This document shows positions 53,255 through 62,336 of a stretch of 64,000 nucleotides of DNA, piece by piece. Every line of letters begins with the position of its first letter. Positions within the stretch are counted from its first letter, which is position 1. The position numbers and the translations under genes were made by a program. The stretch is from an uncultured delta proteobacterium. Lineage in GTDB: Bacteria > Desulfobacterota > RBG-13-43-22. Where the stretch lies: positions 96,001 to 160,000 of the forward strand of contig CAWDKY010000053.1 of assembly GCA_963802945.1 (NCBI GenBank), in the 5' to 3' direction. The notes under the pieces were generated by a model. It saw only the letters and a program-made list of their open reading frames with translations. It did no database searches and was not told the DNA's origin.

Positions 53255-54811
53255 ATGGCCATGAATTATCCTGAGACAAAATTTGAAAAAGATTTTGGGC
53301 CCGGCCCTGAGGCCAGAGTGGAACTGAAAAATGGACGTTTTATAGATGTGGTCAATGGACGTTTTTTTGATGCCGGTATCAGCCTCATGATTCAAGGCTC
53401 CAAAATAATATCGCTGGCCAAAACCTCTGAGCCCGGCGGGATCAAGGCCGACTTCACCGTCGATTGCCAGGGAAAGACCGTTATACCGGGATTGTTCAAT
53501 ACCCATTGTCACATCACGATTACTGCCCCGACCACGCTTCCGGACAGGAAGGATATCAAAGGGTTCAAGGCTTACAGCGATAAACAAATCGAGAAGAACA
53601 TGGCCGAATGTCTGATCCACGGCATCACCACCATAAGGGATGCCTATGCCGAAGATCTGCGCCGGACCAGGCTTCTCAGGGATCGGATTGCTAAAGGTGA
53701 AATCCCCGGCCCCCGTTTCTTACAATCCATCGTCGTTGGTCCTCCTGGGGGATATTTACTGGAGAAGGTTGGATTGGTCGCGAGGTGGATGAGGTCGGCT
53801 TTGGGCATCCCTTCTGTCGCCCATACCCTCCCCTACAGCGGTGGGGTTGAATTCCCGATCGAGGCCTCGGAACAACAGGTCAGGGATGCAGTGGACAGGG
53901 CCATCGATGAACGCGGTGCCGAAGTGATCAAAATCGGTGAGCAGAAAGAAAATATGACCAATTATAAGCCCACCTCGACCATCATGACCCAGAATCAAAT
54001 GAATGCCATTGCCGATCAGGCCAGAAAACGGGGCTTGAAATCGACCATTCATCAGGTTTCCATCGCCTCATTCAAAAAGGCCGTGGAGGCCGGGATTTCC
54101 TCCCTGGCCCATCTTCCCAGAGATGGGGTTCTCTCCCAGCAAGATATCGAAGCTTTTTTGTCAAAAGGCTGCTTCAGCGATCCGACCCTGTCAGTACCCT
54201 ATGATGTCAGTTTTAAGGTCAAAGGAGAGCCCTCCTCTGAAGATCCCGATATGAACCTGTTGACAGAGTTCAGAAACCGGGTCCATAGCACTCTGGTGGA
54301 TGAATATTGGATTCCTGAATTCAAAGCAGGGGCGCAAAAACATTACGACAAGGCCAACTCGGGAAAAATGAAGGTCTTTGGGTTCATGCCCATGACCACC
54401 ATGTTTAAATATTATGCCCCAGCTGCTGTTTACGGCGCCAGGAATATCCGTCTTCTGTTTAAAAACAAGGCAAAGATAACCCTCTCAAACGACGGCGGCA
54501 TTCCCCCCTGCACCCCGGCCATGATGCAGCAGGAGATCGATCTTTTCGATTTGTTTCTCAACCAAGCCGCGGGTGAGAAAATCTTTACCGGTGCAGACGC
54601 CATAAAAATAGCCACGATCAACAGTGCAACCTGCCTGGGGCTGGAAAAGAATCTCGGTTCCATTGAAACCGGAAAGACCGCCGATCTGGCCCTGGTGGAC
54701 GGAGACCCATTCCAGGATCCTCATATAGTGGGCAGCCGGGTAGCCGCCCTTTTCAAAGATGGTAGGTTGGTTATCAACAACTGCGGGCTGAAAATGGAGA
54801 AGGCGGGTTAA
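53255..54811 (+). CDS. Amidohydrolase family protein
   Basis: PGLFNTHCH, HGITTIRD, SLAH, NDGG, GSIETGKTADL. Confidence 0.88.
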   Translation: MAMNYPETKFEKDFGPGPEARVELKNGRFIDVVNGRFFDAGISLMIQGSKIISLAKTSEPGGIKADFTVDCQGKTVIPGLFNTHCHITITAPTTLPDRKDIKGFKAYSDKQIEKNMAECLIHGITTIRDAYAEDLRRTRLLRDRIAKGEIPGPRFLQSIVVGPPGGYLLEKVGLVARWMRSALGIPSVAHTLPYSGGVEFPIEASEQQVRDAVDRAIDERGAEVIKIGEQKENMTNYKPTSTIMTQNQMNAIADQARKRGLKSTIHQVSIASFKKAVEAGISSLAHLPRDGVLSQQDIEAFLSKGCFSDPTLSVPYDVSFKVKGEPSSEDPDMNLLTEFRNRVHSTLVDEYWIPEFKAGAQKHYDKANSGKMKVFGFMPMTTMFKYYAPAAVYGARNIRLLFKNKAKITLSNDGGIPPCTPAMMQQEIDLFDLFLNQAAGEKIFTGADAIKIATINSATCLGLEKNLGSIETGKTADLALVDGDPFQDPHIVGSRVAALFKDGRLVINNCGLKMEKAG

Positions 54812-54841
54812 AGGTTTAGTTTCAAGAAAGTCTTACTGGTT

Positions 54842-54882
54842 CTCAAAATGGGCTACGGATTATCATCCGCACCCCATTTTGA
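54842..54882. terminator. Hairpin after the amidohydrolase gene
   Basis: CTCAAAATGGG..CGGAT-tatc-ATCCG..CCCATTTTGAG. Confidence 0.55.
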
Positions 54883-54898
54883 GGGCGCGAAGCGTCCT

Positions 54899-54954
54899 CG
54901 ACAACAACGAGTTCACTGTGATCTTTAGCGATCCGGCGGAACGATTCGTTGGGC
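54899..54954 (-). other. attC site 1
   Basis: Minus strand GCCCAAC-N5-GTTCC...GATC/GATC...TGAAC-N5-GTTGTCG, just downstream of the methyltransferase stop. Confidence 0.65.
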
Positions 54955-54972
54955 TTTTCTGGTGTGTGCTGC

Positions 54973-55737
54973 TCATTTCTCTCCCCGTATCATCGCCATA
55001 GTTCCCAAAATGAAAGGTACCTTCAACAGGGGTGGGATAAAGGGCGAGTTTCTGGTTTGAATGAGCTCCACTTTGGTTGTTCCCCAGCTCTTGATAGTGG
55101 TGACTAACGCATCTGGATCGCCATACATCTTCTTGATGAGGAATTCGTCTTGAAAAGCGAACTTGCCACCTTTCTTGAGAACCCGCAAAGCTTCACGAAT
55201 AACCTCACGCTTGTCTCTGACACCGCCGACCTCGTGGAAGACAAAATTGCTCACGGCCGCATCGAAGTATTCGTCAGGGAATGGCAATGATGCGGCGCTG
55301 CCTTTCTGGAAGGTTACGCGGTCACTGACTCCTTCAATCGCGGCGTTGCGTTCGCAGACCTTCTTCGAGTAATCCCACTTCTTTCCCCAATAGTCTACCC
55401 CGAAGACTTGTGCCCTACCGTGCTTCTGAGCCAGTTTGATGGCCAGGGCTCCGTTCCCGCACCCTATGTCCACGGCTTTGCCTTCTCCATTCCAGTCCAA
55501 ATGCTCTAAAACGAGCCGCCAAATGGATTCTTGCACATTTCCTGCTTTAGGGGAAAGCTTGAAGCGAACATACCATAGAAAGGCGGCGACCAGCACGAAG
55601 AATGCAGCCAGAATCAACAGGAAAGACCACATGAGACTCGATGCCAGGAACAGGAGTGCTATGGCGAGAGGAACATAAATCATCGGTTTTGGAGTCCAAT
55701 TGCCATAGTCTGGATTCTCTCTGATCTGTCCGTTCAT
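54973..55737 (-). CDS. Class I SAM methyltransferase with N-terminal TM hairpin (gene cassette)
   Basis: VDIGCGNG, GVDYW, SLPFPDEYFD, FHEV, RVLKKGG. Confidence 0.88.
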   Translation of the reverse strand: MNGQIRENPDYGNWTPKPMIYVPLAIALLFLASSLMWSFLLILAAFFVLVAAFLWYVRFKLSPKAGNVQESIWRLVLEHLDWNGEGKAVDIGCGNGALAIKLAQKHGRAQVFGVDYWGKKWDYSKKVCERNAAIEGVSDRVTFQKGSAASLPFPDEYFDAAVSNFVFHEVGGVRDKREVIREALRVLKKGGKFAFQDEFLIKKMYGDPDALVTTIKSWGTTKVELIQTRNSPFIPPLLKVPFILGTMAMIRGEK

Positions 55738-55768
55738 ATGCTCCAGTCCTTCATGTTTGCTTGTTGTA

Positions 55769-55886
55769 ACCCAACATAGAGTTCAGTGCACGCCGCCCCG
55801 AATCAGAACGAAGGTAGCAGTTCATTTGGACTGATCCCGCGCTTTAGAACCAATCTCAGGCGTTGCACTGCAACGACTTGTTAGGT
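55769..55886 (-). other. attC site 2
   Basis: Minus strand ACCTAAC-aagtc-GTTGCAGTGCAACGCC...GGCGTGCACTGAAC-tctat-GTTGGGT: RYYYAAC/GTTRRRY core with extrahelical bases. Confidence 0.85.
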
Positions 55887-57012
55887 GTTTCACTACAAGT
55901 CCATCCAGCCAGCTGATCATCTCATTTACGGCGAGAAGATGGTTTCCAACTTGGCAGTGCTGTTCCCCGCCTTCTGTTTCTGTAAACAGCCTCGCTACTA
56001 CTGAGGAAGCGCCTGTTAATGCTTCCTTTTGCCTATAATAGTGATTCGTAGGGATGTAATGATCCTTTTCCCCTGCCAGCAGAAGCACGTCCTGTTTGAC
56101 CAAGTGCGATATGGCTTTCATCGTGTGCAGAGACAATGCTTGGTAGAAGTCAATTGGCATCCGTGTCCCCGTTATGTACATCCCGTGGGCGACCGCCCAA
56201 TCAAGCAAAAGACTCCTTTTTCGAAGCCGAGCTACGAGGGCATTTGCAAGTCGTTGGGCATTGAGCGATATTAACAATTTGAAGATATTTCGGATAGGCT
56301 GCGGCATTGGGCGGGTCATTACTTCGAGTCCATCAAAACATACGTCATAGGCTATCACCCGGCTTATGCGAGGTTCGAAAGCGGCAGCTCGCAGAGCAAG
56401 ATAGCCACCCCATGAGATGCCTAGGAGCGTTACGTCAACCAGACTGAAATAGTCCAGAATACTTTTGACGGGCTTTTCCCATTCATGAGTAAATTTCAAC
56501 CCCCGCTTGAGCGCGGTGCCCTGCCCGGGACCTTCGAATAGAATCACCGAATAGCCAGCCTTTGGAATCTGCTTGACTGTCAAATAGAACTCTTCCATGA
56601 AGGAGTCATATCCACCGTGGGCAACAATGATGGCCTTTTCCGTTTGCGAACGAAGGTACATCACTGGGAGTGTACTCCCCTGATAAGGAACCTCATGCCT
56701 AGTAAAATTATCCCCTTCCGTGGCTCTGTTAAAGCACTTGAGAAATGATTTATAGCAGGTCAGTTTTTCCTTATGATCTTCTTTCAAGAAGAACTCGGCC
56801 ATGCGATAGGCATAGGAGGCATTCATGAAACGGCCTTCGGCCTCTGCTTCATGAGCCAAACTCAGCCAACCGACATACCAATCATCATAGTCGCGGACCG
56901 TGGCAAGCATGTCTTTGATATCATGAATCCGGCCTGCAGACTCGCCGTATGTGAGCACACGGTTGGCTTGGAAATTCATCCCTACGTCCGGATGAAGATG
57001 GTAGTATGGCAA
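55822..57012 (-). CDS. Alpha/beta hydrolase (gene cassette)
   Basis: HGGYDS..EE, FEGPGQG, GISWGG, GEKDH, HCQ. Reads into attC 2. Confidence 0.88.
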   Translation of the reverse strand: MPYYHLHPDVGMNFQANRVLTYGESAGRIHDIKDMLATVRDYDDWYVGWLSLAHEAEAEGRFMNASYAYRMAEFFLKEDHKEKLTCYKSFLKCFNRATEGDNFTRHEVPYQGSTLPVMYLRSQTEKAIIVAHGGYDSFMEEFYLTVKQIPKAGYSVILFEGPGQGTALKRGLKFTHEWEKPVKSILDYFSLVDVTLLGISWGGYLALRAAAFEPRISRVIAYDVCFDGLEVMTRPMPQPIRNIFKLLISLNAQRLANALVARLRKRSLLLDWAVAHGMYITGTRMPIDFYQALSLHTMKAISHLVKQDVLLLAGEKDHYIPTNHYYRQKEALTGASSVVARLFTETEGGEQHCQVGNHLLAVNEMISWLDGLVVKHLTSRCSATPEIGSKARDQSK

Positions 57013-57034
57013 CAGAACTTCCTTTCTTTGAAAC

Positions 57035-57126
57035 CTCTAATGCGGCGTTGACCCGTGGCCCACAGCTTGCGGGGCCTTTAGACCCAGGCAAGCAAGTGAC
57101 ATCGGTGTCCAATGGCCTGGTTGGCG
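57035..57126 (-). other. attC site 3 (degenerate, R' GTT changed to ATT)
   Basis: Minus strand CGCCAAC...TTGGAC...GTCAA..ATTAGAG. Confidence 0.55.
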
Positions 57127-57240
57127 AACGCCTGCGGCGGAGCCGGCCGGGACATGGAACCGATAGGGGCAACGCCCAATTGGCGACGCCGCAGGCGGCG
57201 CCAACAAGTTATCCTAAAGTTTTTCTGTACAACACTACAA
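57127..57240 (-). other. ORF-less ~80-bp cassette and candidate attI-like site
   Basis: GTTGGCG at 57205-57199 is the exact complement of the attC 3 R'' CGCCAAC. Internal IR GCCTGCGGCG/CGCCGCAGGC; preceded by AT-rich ...GGATAACTT-GTT. Confidence 0.45.
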
Positions 57241-57568
57241 TTTAAAATCTAAATTGGGGAAGGCAACCCTGATCATTTTTCTGTTTGTGATAACTTATGG
57301 TTTACCCAACCCTTCAAATGCTTTGTAACCTATTATAAATGATAAATATTCTCTTGCCAAATTATTTTTATTGCCAAAATTATTGATAATGCAATCAAGA
57401 AACCGGGGCTTCTTGGCAAGCGGCATTATTCAGCCAAAACCCGCGGAAAATAAATAATGGTTGACATTTTATAAGAACAGCATAAAAATTAAATATTATT
57501 TAATCATAATTGAGTTATGGCTTTGCGATAAAAACAACCCTTAACAAGATTTCTATGGGAGGACAGTC

Positions 57569-60052
57569 ATGAGTTTAGCCGAACGAACAATAGGTCCAAA
57601 GGTTTCTCCGCCACCTTCGCGGGTGACCAAGGAGATGAGGAAAAGTATTGTTTACCAAAACAAGAGCAGTAGAGGCTCGGGAAGGATCGAAGCCGCCAAA
57701 GGGAATGTGACCCGGGTTAAGGAAGAGGGGCGCAATCCTTATCGTGATGAGGTTAAATTGTGCATTGAACGGGCGCGGTTGATTACCGAAGGGTATCAAG
57801 CCTCAGAAGGAGAGCCCATGGTCCTCCGGCGGGCCAAGGCCATGGCCCACTTTCTGGACAATCGAACCCTCTACATCTTACCTAACGAACGTATCGTCGG
57901 AAATGTCTCCAGTGAACCTTGCTCCATGATCACCTTTCCTGAAAAATGGAGCAGTTGGCTGGACAAGGCCATCGACACCGAGTACAGCCAATTAGTTACC
58001 GATGAAAAACGGGAGGAACTCCACCGGATCCATAAATACTGGAAAGGGAAATCGGTTCACGGCATGGAGCGCAATCTCTTGCCCAAGGACATCCTCTACT
58101 ACTGGTTTTATCCCAACCAGGGTGTCTTCTTGTGGCGCCATGGCGGCCATGTGGGTTCGCCGAATTACACCAGAATTTTCCAAACCGGCTTGAAGGGGAT
58201 CATCGCCGACGCCAAAAACAAGCTGGATGAAATCAAATCCGATCCGGAACTCTATTTGCATACCCGGGAATTTCTCAAGAAAAAAGCCTTTTATGAGGCG
58301 GTGATTATTTCTTCCGAAGCGGTGATTCGTCAGGGCAAAAGGTTTTCAGAGCTTGCCAGGCAAGAGGCGGCCAAGGCCACGGATCCCAAGAGAAAGGCGG
58401 AGCTGGAGGAAATGGCCGAGGTTTGCGCCTGGGTGCCGGAAAATCAACCCCGTACCCTTCATGAGGCCTTGCAGTTCTATTGGTTTATCAATCTGGTGGT
58501 CCGTGTGCTCGACATTCAGACCTCCGGTAATGGCGACCGGGTGGACCAGATCTTTTATCCCTTTTACAAAAAGGATAAGGAAGATGGCCTGTTGACTTAC
58601 GAGCAGGCCCAGGAACTGGTGGAGCACCTGCTGCTTAAATTCAATGAAGAAGGGGCTTTGATTCCCCCCTCTCACCCCTCGGCCGGGCCTTTGATCACCC
58701 GCGTGGTAACCATAGGAGGGGTGGATACCGAAGGTGTTGACGCCACCAATGAAATGACCTATATCATCATGGATGCCAAAGACGAGGTGGGTTTCAATCA
58801 ACCGGCCCTGGCCGTCAGGCTCCATCCGCAAACACCCCAAAGTTTGTATCGAAAAATCATCTCCTCATTGCTTAAACAACCCGGTGTTTATTCCTTTTTT
58901 AATGACAATATGATGATCCCCTTCCTGATGAACCTCGGCCTCCCCCTGGAAGATGCCCGGGATTACGGGACCGACGGCTGTATGCGATGGATCGTACCCG
59001 GCAAGGCCATGTGTCAAAGGGCCTTGGGAGGCACCTTTGTCCTTCCCAAGTGCTTTGAATACGCCTTGTACCAGGGAGTGGATAAATTCAGCAATAAACA
59101 GGTCGGGGCCAAAACCACGGACCCCTTGACCTGGACCTCGGTGGATGATGCCATGCAGGCCTACCTGGAGCAGGTAAAATTCTTTTTACACAAACTGGTG
59201 ACCATCTATAATCTCGTCGATGCCTTGGAAGAAGAATGGTTGCCCCAGCCCTTTCTCTCGGCTGTGGTGGACGGCTGTCTGGAAGCCGGGAAAGACTGTC
59301 GCGAGTTCAAATATTATCATAATACCATCATTCAACCAGTCGGCCAGGTCACGATCATCAATTCCCTGGCGGCCATTAAGAAGCTGGTGTTTGACGAGAA
59401 AAAGGTTAAGATGGCCGACCTTCTTGAAGCCTTGAAAAACAATTGGGAAGGCAGGGAAGATCTGCGTCAGCAATTTATTAATGACGCACCCAAATGGGGC
59501 AATGATGAAGATTATGTGGACCTCATCGGCCGGGAATTCTACAAGAAGACCAACCAGGCCTTTAAAAGCTTTAAAAATATCTGGGGCTGGCCCTTCAATG
59601 AAGACGGGACCGGGGCTTCTTCCTATTACGATTACAGCGGGATGACCGGGGCCACACCCGACGGCCGGAAGGATCTGGATTTGTTTAATGACGGAACCGT
59701 ATCTCCGGTCATCGGCACGGATAAGAAAGGTCCTCTGGCTACCATGAAATCCATCAGCAAGTTAGACCACGCCGGAACTTTCACCCACCTGTTCAACCAA
59801 AAATTCACTCCTCAAGAGCTGAAGAAGAACAACGGGGCCAATTTCATCTCCCTGCTGAAGACCTTTGTTGATCTTGGCATTCACCACACCCAATTTAATG
59901 TTATCGACCGGGAGACGTTGCTCGATGCTCAGATGCATCCGGATCAATATTCCGATCTGGTGGTCAGGACTGCCGGGCTGGCGGCTTATTTTGTGGATAT
60001 GACCAAAGGAGTGCAGGACCAGATCATTGAGAGAACAGAATTAAGTCTTTAA
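57569..60052 (+). CDS. Glycyl radical enzyme of unknown class
   Basis: ERARLITE, LRRAKA, GRxDQ-like GDRVDQ, PKWGND, GATPDGR, HTQFNV. Gly loop LVVRTAGLAAYF, Cys loop DGCMRW. Confidence 0.9.
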   Translation: MSLAERTIGPKVSPPPSRVTKEMRKSIVYQNKSSRGSGRIEAAKGNVTRVKEEGRNPYRDEVKLCIERARLITEGYQASEGEPMVLRRAKAMAHFLDNRTLYILPNERIVGNVSSEPCSMITFPEKWSSWLDKAIDTEYSQLVTDEKREELHRIHKYWKGKSVHGMERNLLPKDILYYWFYPNQGVFLWRHGGHVGSPNYTRIFQTGLKGIIADAKNKLDEIKSDPELYLHTREFLKKKAFYEAVIISSEAVIRQGKRFSELARQEAAKATDPKRKAELEEMAEVCAWVPENQPRTLHEALQFYWFINLVVRVLDIQTSGNGDRVDQIFYPFYKKDKEDGLLTYEQAQELVEHLLLKFNEEGALIPPSHPSAGPLITRVVTIGGVDTEGVDATNEMTYIIMDAKDEVGFNQPALAVRLHPQTPQSLYRKIISSLLKQPGVYSFFNDNMMIPFLMNLGLPLEDARDYGTDGCMRWIVPGKAMCQRALGGTFVLPKCFEYALYQGVDKFSNKQVGAKTTDPLTWTSVDDAMQAYLEQVKFFLHKLVTIYNLVDALEEEWLPQPFLSAVVDGCLEAGKDCREFKYYHNTIIQPVGQVTIINSLAAIKKLVFDEKKVKMADLLEALKNNWEGREDLRQQFINDAPKWGNDEDYVDLIGREFYKKTNQAFKSFKNIWGWPFNEDGTGASSYYDYSGMTGATPDGRKDLDLFNDGTVSPVIGTDKKGPLATMKSISKLDHAGTFTHLFNQKFTPQELKKNNGANFISLLKTFVDLGIHHTQFNVIDRETLLDAQMHPDQYSDLVVRTAGLAAYFVDMTKGVQDQIIERTELSL

Positions 60053-60065
60053 GTCGAGAATAATT

Positions 60066-60115
60066 CACCCCCACCCCTGCCCTCCCCCCTCGGAGGGGGA
60101 GGGTGCGGAAGGGGG
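60066..60115. repeat. GC-rich palindromic intergenic element
   Basis: CACCCTGCCCTCCCCCCT-cgg-AGGGGGAGGGTG. Confidence 0.5.
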
Positions 60116-60205
60116 AATTTTAAAACTCCGTGGTTCCCTCCTTAAACAATCATTTTGAGTTTAATAAAGCATTCCGTTCTTCATGTTAAACAGCAAGGAG
60201 ATGCA

Positions 60206-61006
60206 ATGGAATTCGATAAAATGTTTTTAAAGGAAGAAGAAGGTATTGCCACCTTGACCTTGAACAATCCGGACAAGCTCAATGCCATGTCCACCGAGAT
60301 GTGGAATGATTTTCGGACGATCATCGACCACATCCAGGGGAATCTTGAAATTAAAGTACTGGTGATCACCGGGTCCGGCCGAGGATTTTGTTCAGGATCA
60401 GATGTAGGAGCCAGATTGGCGGCCAATATCGAAGGGCGCGGGCCGAAAAAGACCCAGGCCGACCTGCTGGAAGGAACCGGTTACGCAGCTAAGGTGATCA
60501 GGGATCTGGAAATCCCCATCATTGCGGCGATTAACGGTGTGGCTGCTGGTGCGGGCCTTTCCATGGCCTTGCTTAGTGATATCCGCATTGCCTCGGAAAC
60601 CGCCCGTTTTGGGGCCATTTGGGTCCGGGTCGGTTTGATCGGCGACCTGGGAGCCACTTTACTGCTGCCGCAACTTATAGGACCGGATAAGGCCTTTGAG
60701 ATGCTGACCACCGGGATCATGATTGATGCCCGGGAGGCGGAACGGATCGGACTAGTTACCCGTGTGGTTCCTTCCGAGGCCTTGTTGACCTCCGCCTATG
60801 AACTGGCCGGGAAACTGGCCAAAGGGCCGGCCTTATCGATCAAGTTAATGAAAAAGGCTATCTATAAAGGGCTTCGGCACAACGACCTTCAAGCCCAACT
60901 GGATTTTGAAAGCTTTGCCCAGGGGGTATGCCGTCAATCCGAAGATCATCGCGAAGGCGTCAGGGCCTTTATGGAAAAAAGAGTAGCCCAGTTCAAAGGG
61001 CTGTAA
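60206..61006 (+). CDS. Crotonase-superfamily protein (PaaG-like)
   Basis: LNNPDKLNA, FCSGSD, AAINGVAAGAG, GLIGDLG, EGVRAFMEKR. Confidence 0.9.
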   Translation: MEFDKMFLKEEEGIATLTLNNPDKLNAMSTEMWNDFRTIIDHIQGNLEIKVLVITGSGRGFCSGSDVGARLAANIEGRGPKKTQADLLEGTGYAAKVIRDLEIPIIAAINGVAAGAGLSMALLSDIRIASETARFGAIWVRVGLIGDLGATLLLPQLIGPDKAFEMLTTGIMIDAREAERIGLVTRVVPSEALLTSAYELAGKLAKGPALSIKLMKKAIYKGLRHNDLQAQLDFESFAQGVCRQSEDHREGVRAFMEKRVAQFKGL

Positions 61007-61050
61007 GACATTTATCCTATTAAGGACAAAAAAGAAGGTTATCATTTGGG

Positions 61051-61239
61051 GTCATTCCGGTGAAGAGACTGTGTCGTAATTATATTTTTGTCATTCCGTG
61101 CAAGCGAAGCGCGACACGGAATCCAGTATTTTCATTAAGTTCTGGATGACGGCTTTGATGGCGCTGTCCGCTATTACGACACAGTCTCGAAGGCCGGAAT
61201 CCAGAGGTTTTCCTGGACTTCGGCTTCCGCCGGAGTGAC
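61051..61239. repeat. REP-like palindrome with MITE insert (61065..61188) and GAA target duplication
   Basis: GTCATTCCGGT-GAA-[GAGACTGTGTCGTAAT...ATTACGACACAGTCTC]-GAA-GGCCGGAATCCAG. Confidence 0.8.
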
Positions 61240-61294
61240 GTGTTTGGGACCTTTGATAAACCTGTGAACTGAATTGGTTAGATCTAAAAAATTG

Positions 61295-62224
61295 ATGGAC
61301 AACAATAAACCGGAGCTTCGGTCGGACCGGGGATCGATTTTTCTTATTCAGAGTTTCAGCACTAATGATGGTCCGGGAATAAGGACCACGGTCTTTACCA
61401 AAGGGTGTCCCCTTAAGTGCCTGTGGTGCCACAATCCTGAATCCGCCAACAGCTTCCCGGAACTGATGATCCATGATGACCGCTGTATCGGCTGCCTCAA
61501 ATGTCTTGAAGTCTGTCCGAAAAAGGCCATTACCTTTCATCCGGAAAAAGGCAGGAGGATCATTCGGAATCGTTGTAATCGGTGCCTGGATTGCGTTGCC
61601 GTTTGCCCGGCCAAATCTTTGACTGCGGTGGGTGAAATCATGACCGTTGAGCAAGTGATGGCCGAGATCAAAAAAGACGAGCTTTTTATCCACCGCTCCG
61701 ACGGCGGCGTGACTATTTCCGGCGGAGAACCTTTGGCCCAAGCCCCATTTGTCCTGGAACTTTTGAAGGCCTGCCGAGAGCGGGGGTTACATACCGCTTT
61801 GGACACCAGCGGTTATGCACCCTGGTCCACGTTGGAAGAGATACTTAATTATGTCGACCTGGTTTTATTTGATATCAAACATATGGATCCAAAGGTCCAT
61901 ACACAGGTCACCGGGGTCAGCAATGCCTTGCCTCTTTCCAACTTGCGGCGCATCCCGCGGAATATCCCCATCTGGCTGAGGCTGCCCCTCATCCCTGGCT
62001 ATAATGATTCCTTAGAGAATCTGGATAAAGTGGGGGCCTTAAGCCGGGAAATAGCTGCGGAAAAAATTTCTCTTCTGCCCTTTAATCGCTATGGGGACGG
62101 AAAATATCTGAATTTGGGCCGGAAGATACCACTGCCGGGGATCGAAATGTTTAGCCGGGGAAAGATTGAGGAAATCAAAGTGGTTCTGGAAAAGTCGGGG
62201 GTACCGGTAACCATTGGAGAATAG
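61295..62224 (+). CDS. Glycyl-radical activating enzyme (radical SAM with ferredoxin insert)
   Basis: DGPGIRTTVF.KGCPLKCLWCHNPE, two CxxCxxCxxxCP motifs, GGVTISGGEP, DTSG, DIK. Confidence 0.95.
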   Translation: MDNNKPELRSDRGSIFLIQSFSTNDGPGIRTTVFTKGCPLKCLWCHNPESANSFPELMIHDDRCIGCLKCLEVCPKKAITFHPEKGRRIIRNRCNRCLDCVAVCPAKSLTAVGEIMTVEQVMAEIKKDELFIHRSDGGVTISGGEPLAQAPFVLELLKACRERGLHTALDTSGYAPWSTLEEILNYVDLVLFDIKHMDPKVHTQVTGVSNALPLSNLRRIPRNIPIWLRLPLIPGYNDSLENLDKVGALSREIAAEKISLLPFNRYGDGKYLNLGRKIPLPGIEMFSRGKIEEIKVVLEKSGVPVTIGE

Positions 62225-62233
62225 AAAAACATA

Positions 62234-62320
62234 GACTGAAGACCGAAGACTAAAGGCTGAAAGAACTGCGAAGAAAACTTTTTTCATTTTTTCCTTCAGC
62301 CTTCAGCCTTAACACCTAAA
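62234..62320. repeat. Inverted 7-mer repeat cluster
   Basis: gactgaa-gaccgaa-gactaaa-ggctgaa ... ccttcag-ccttcag-ccttaac. Confidence 0.55.
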
Positions 62321-62336
62321 AAACGGAGGTAAGATA

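Noticed and set aside
57569-60052. Calling the GRE pflB or bssA
   Set aside because: No Cys-Cys pair, no CMSP loop and no small-subunit genes.
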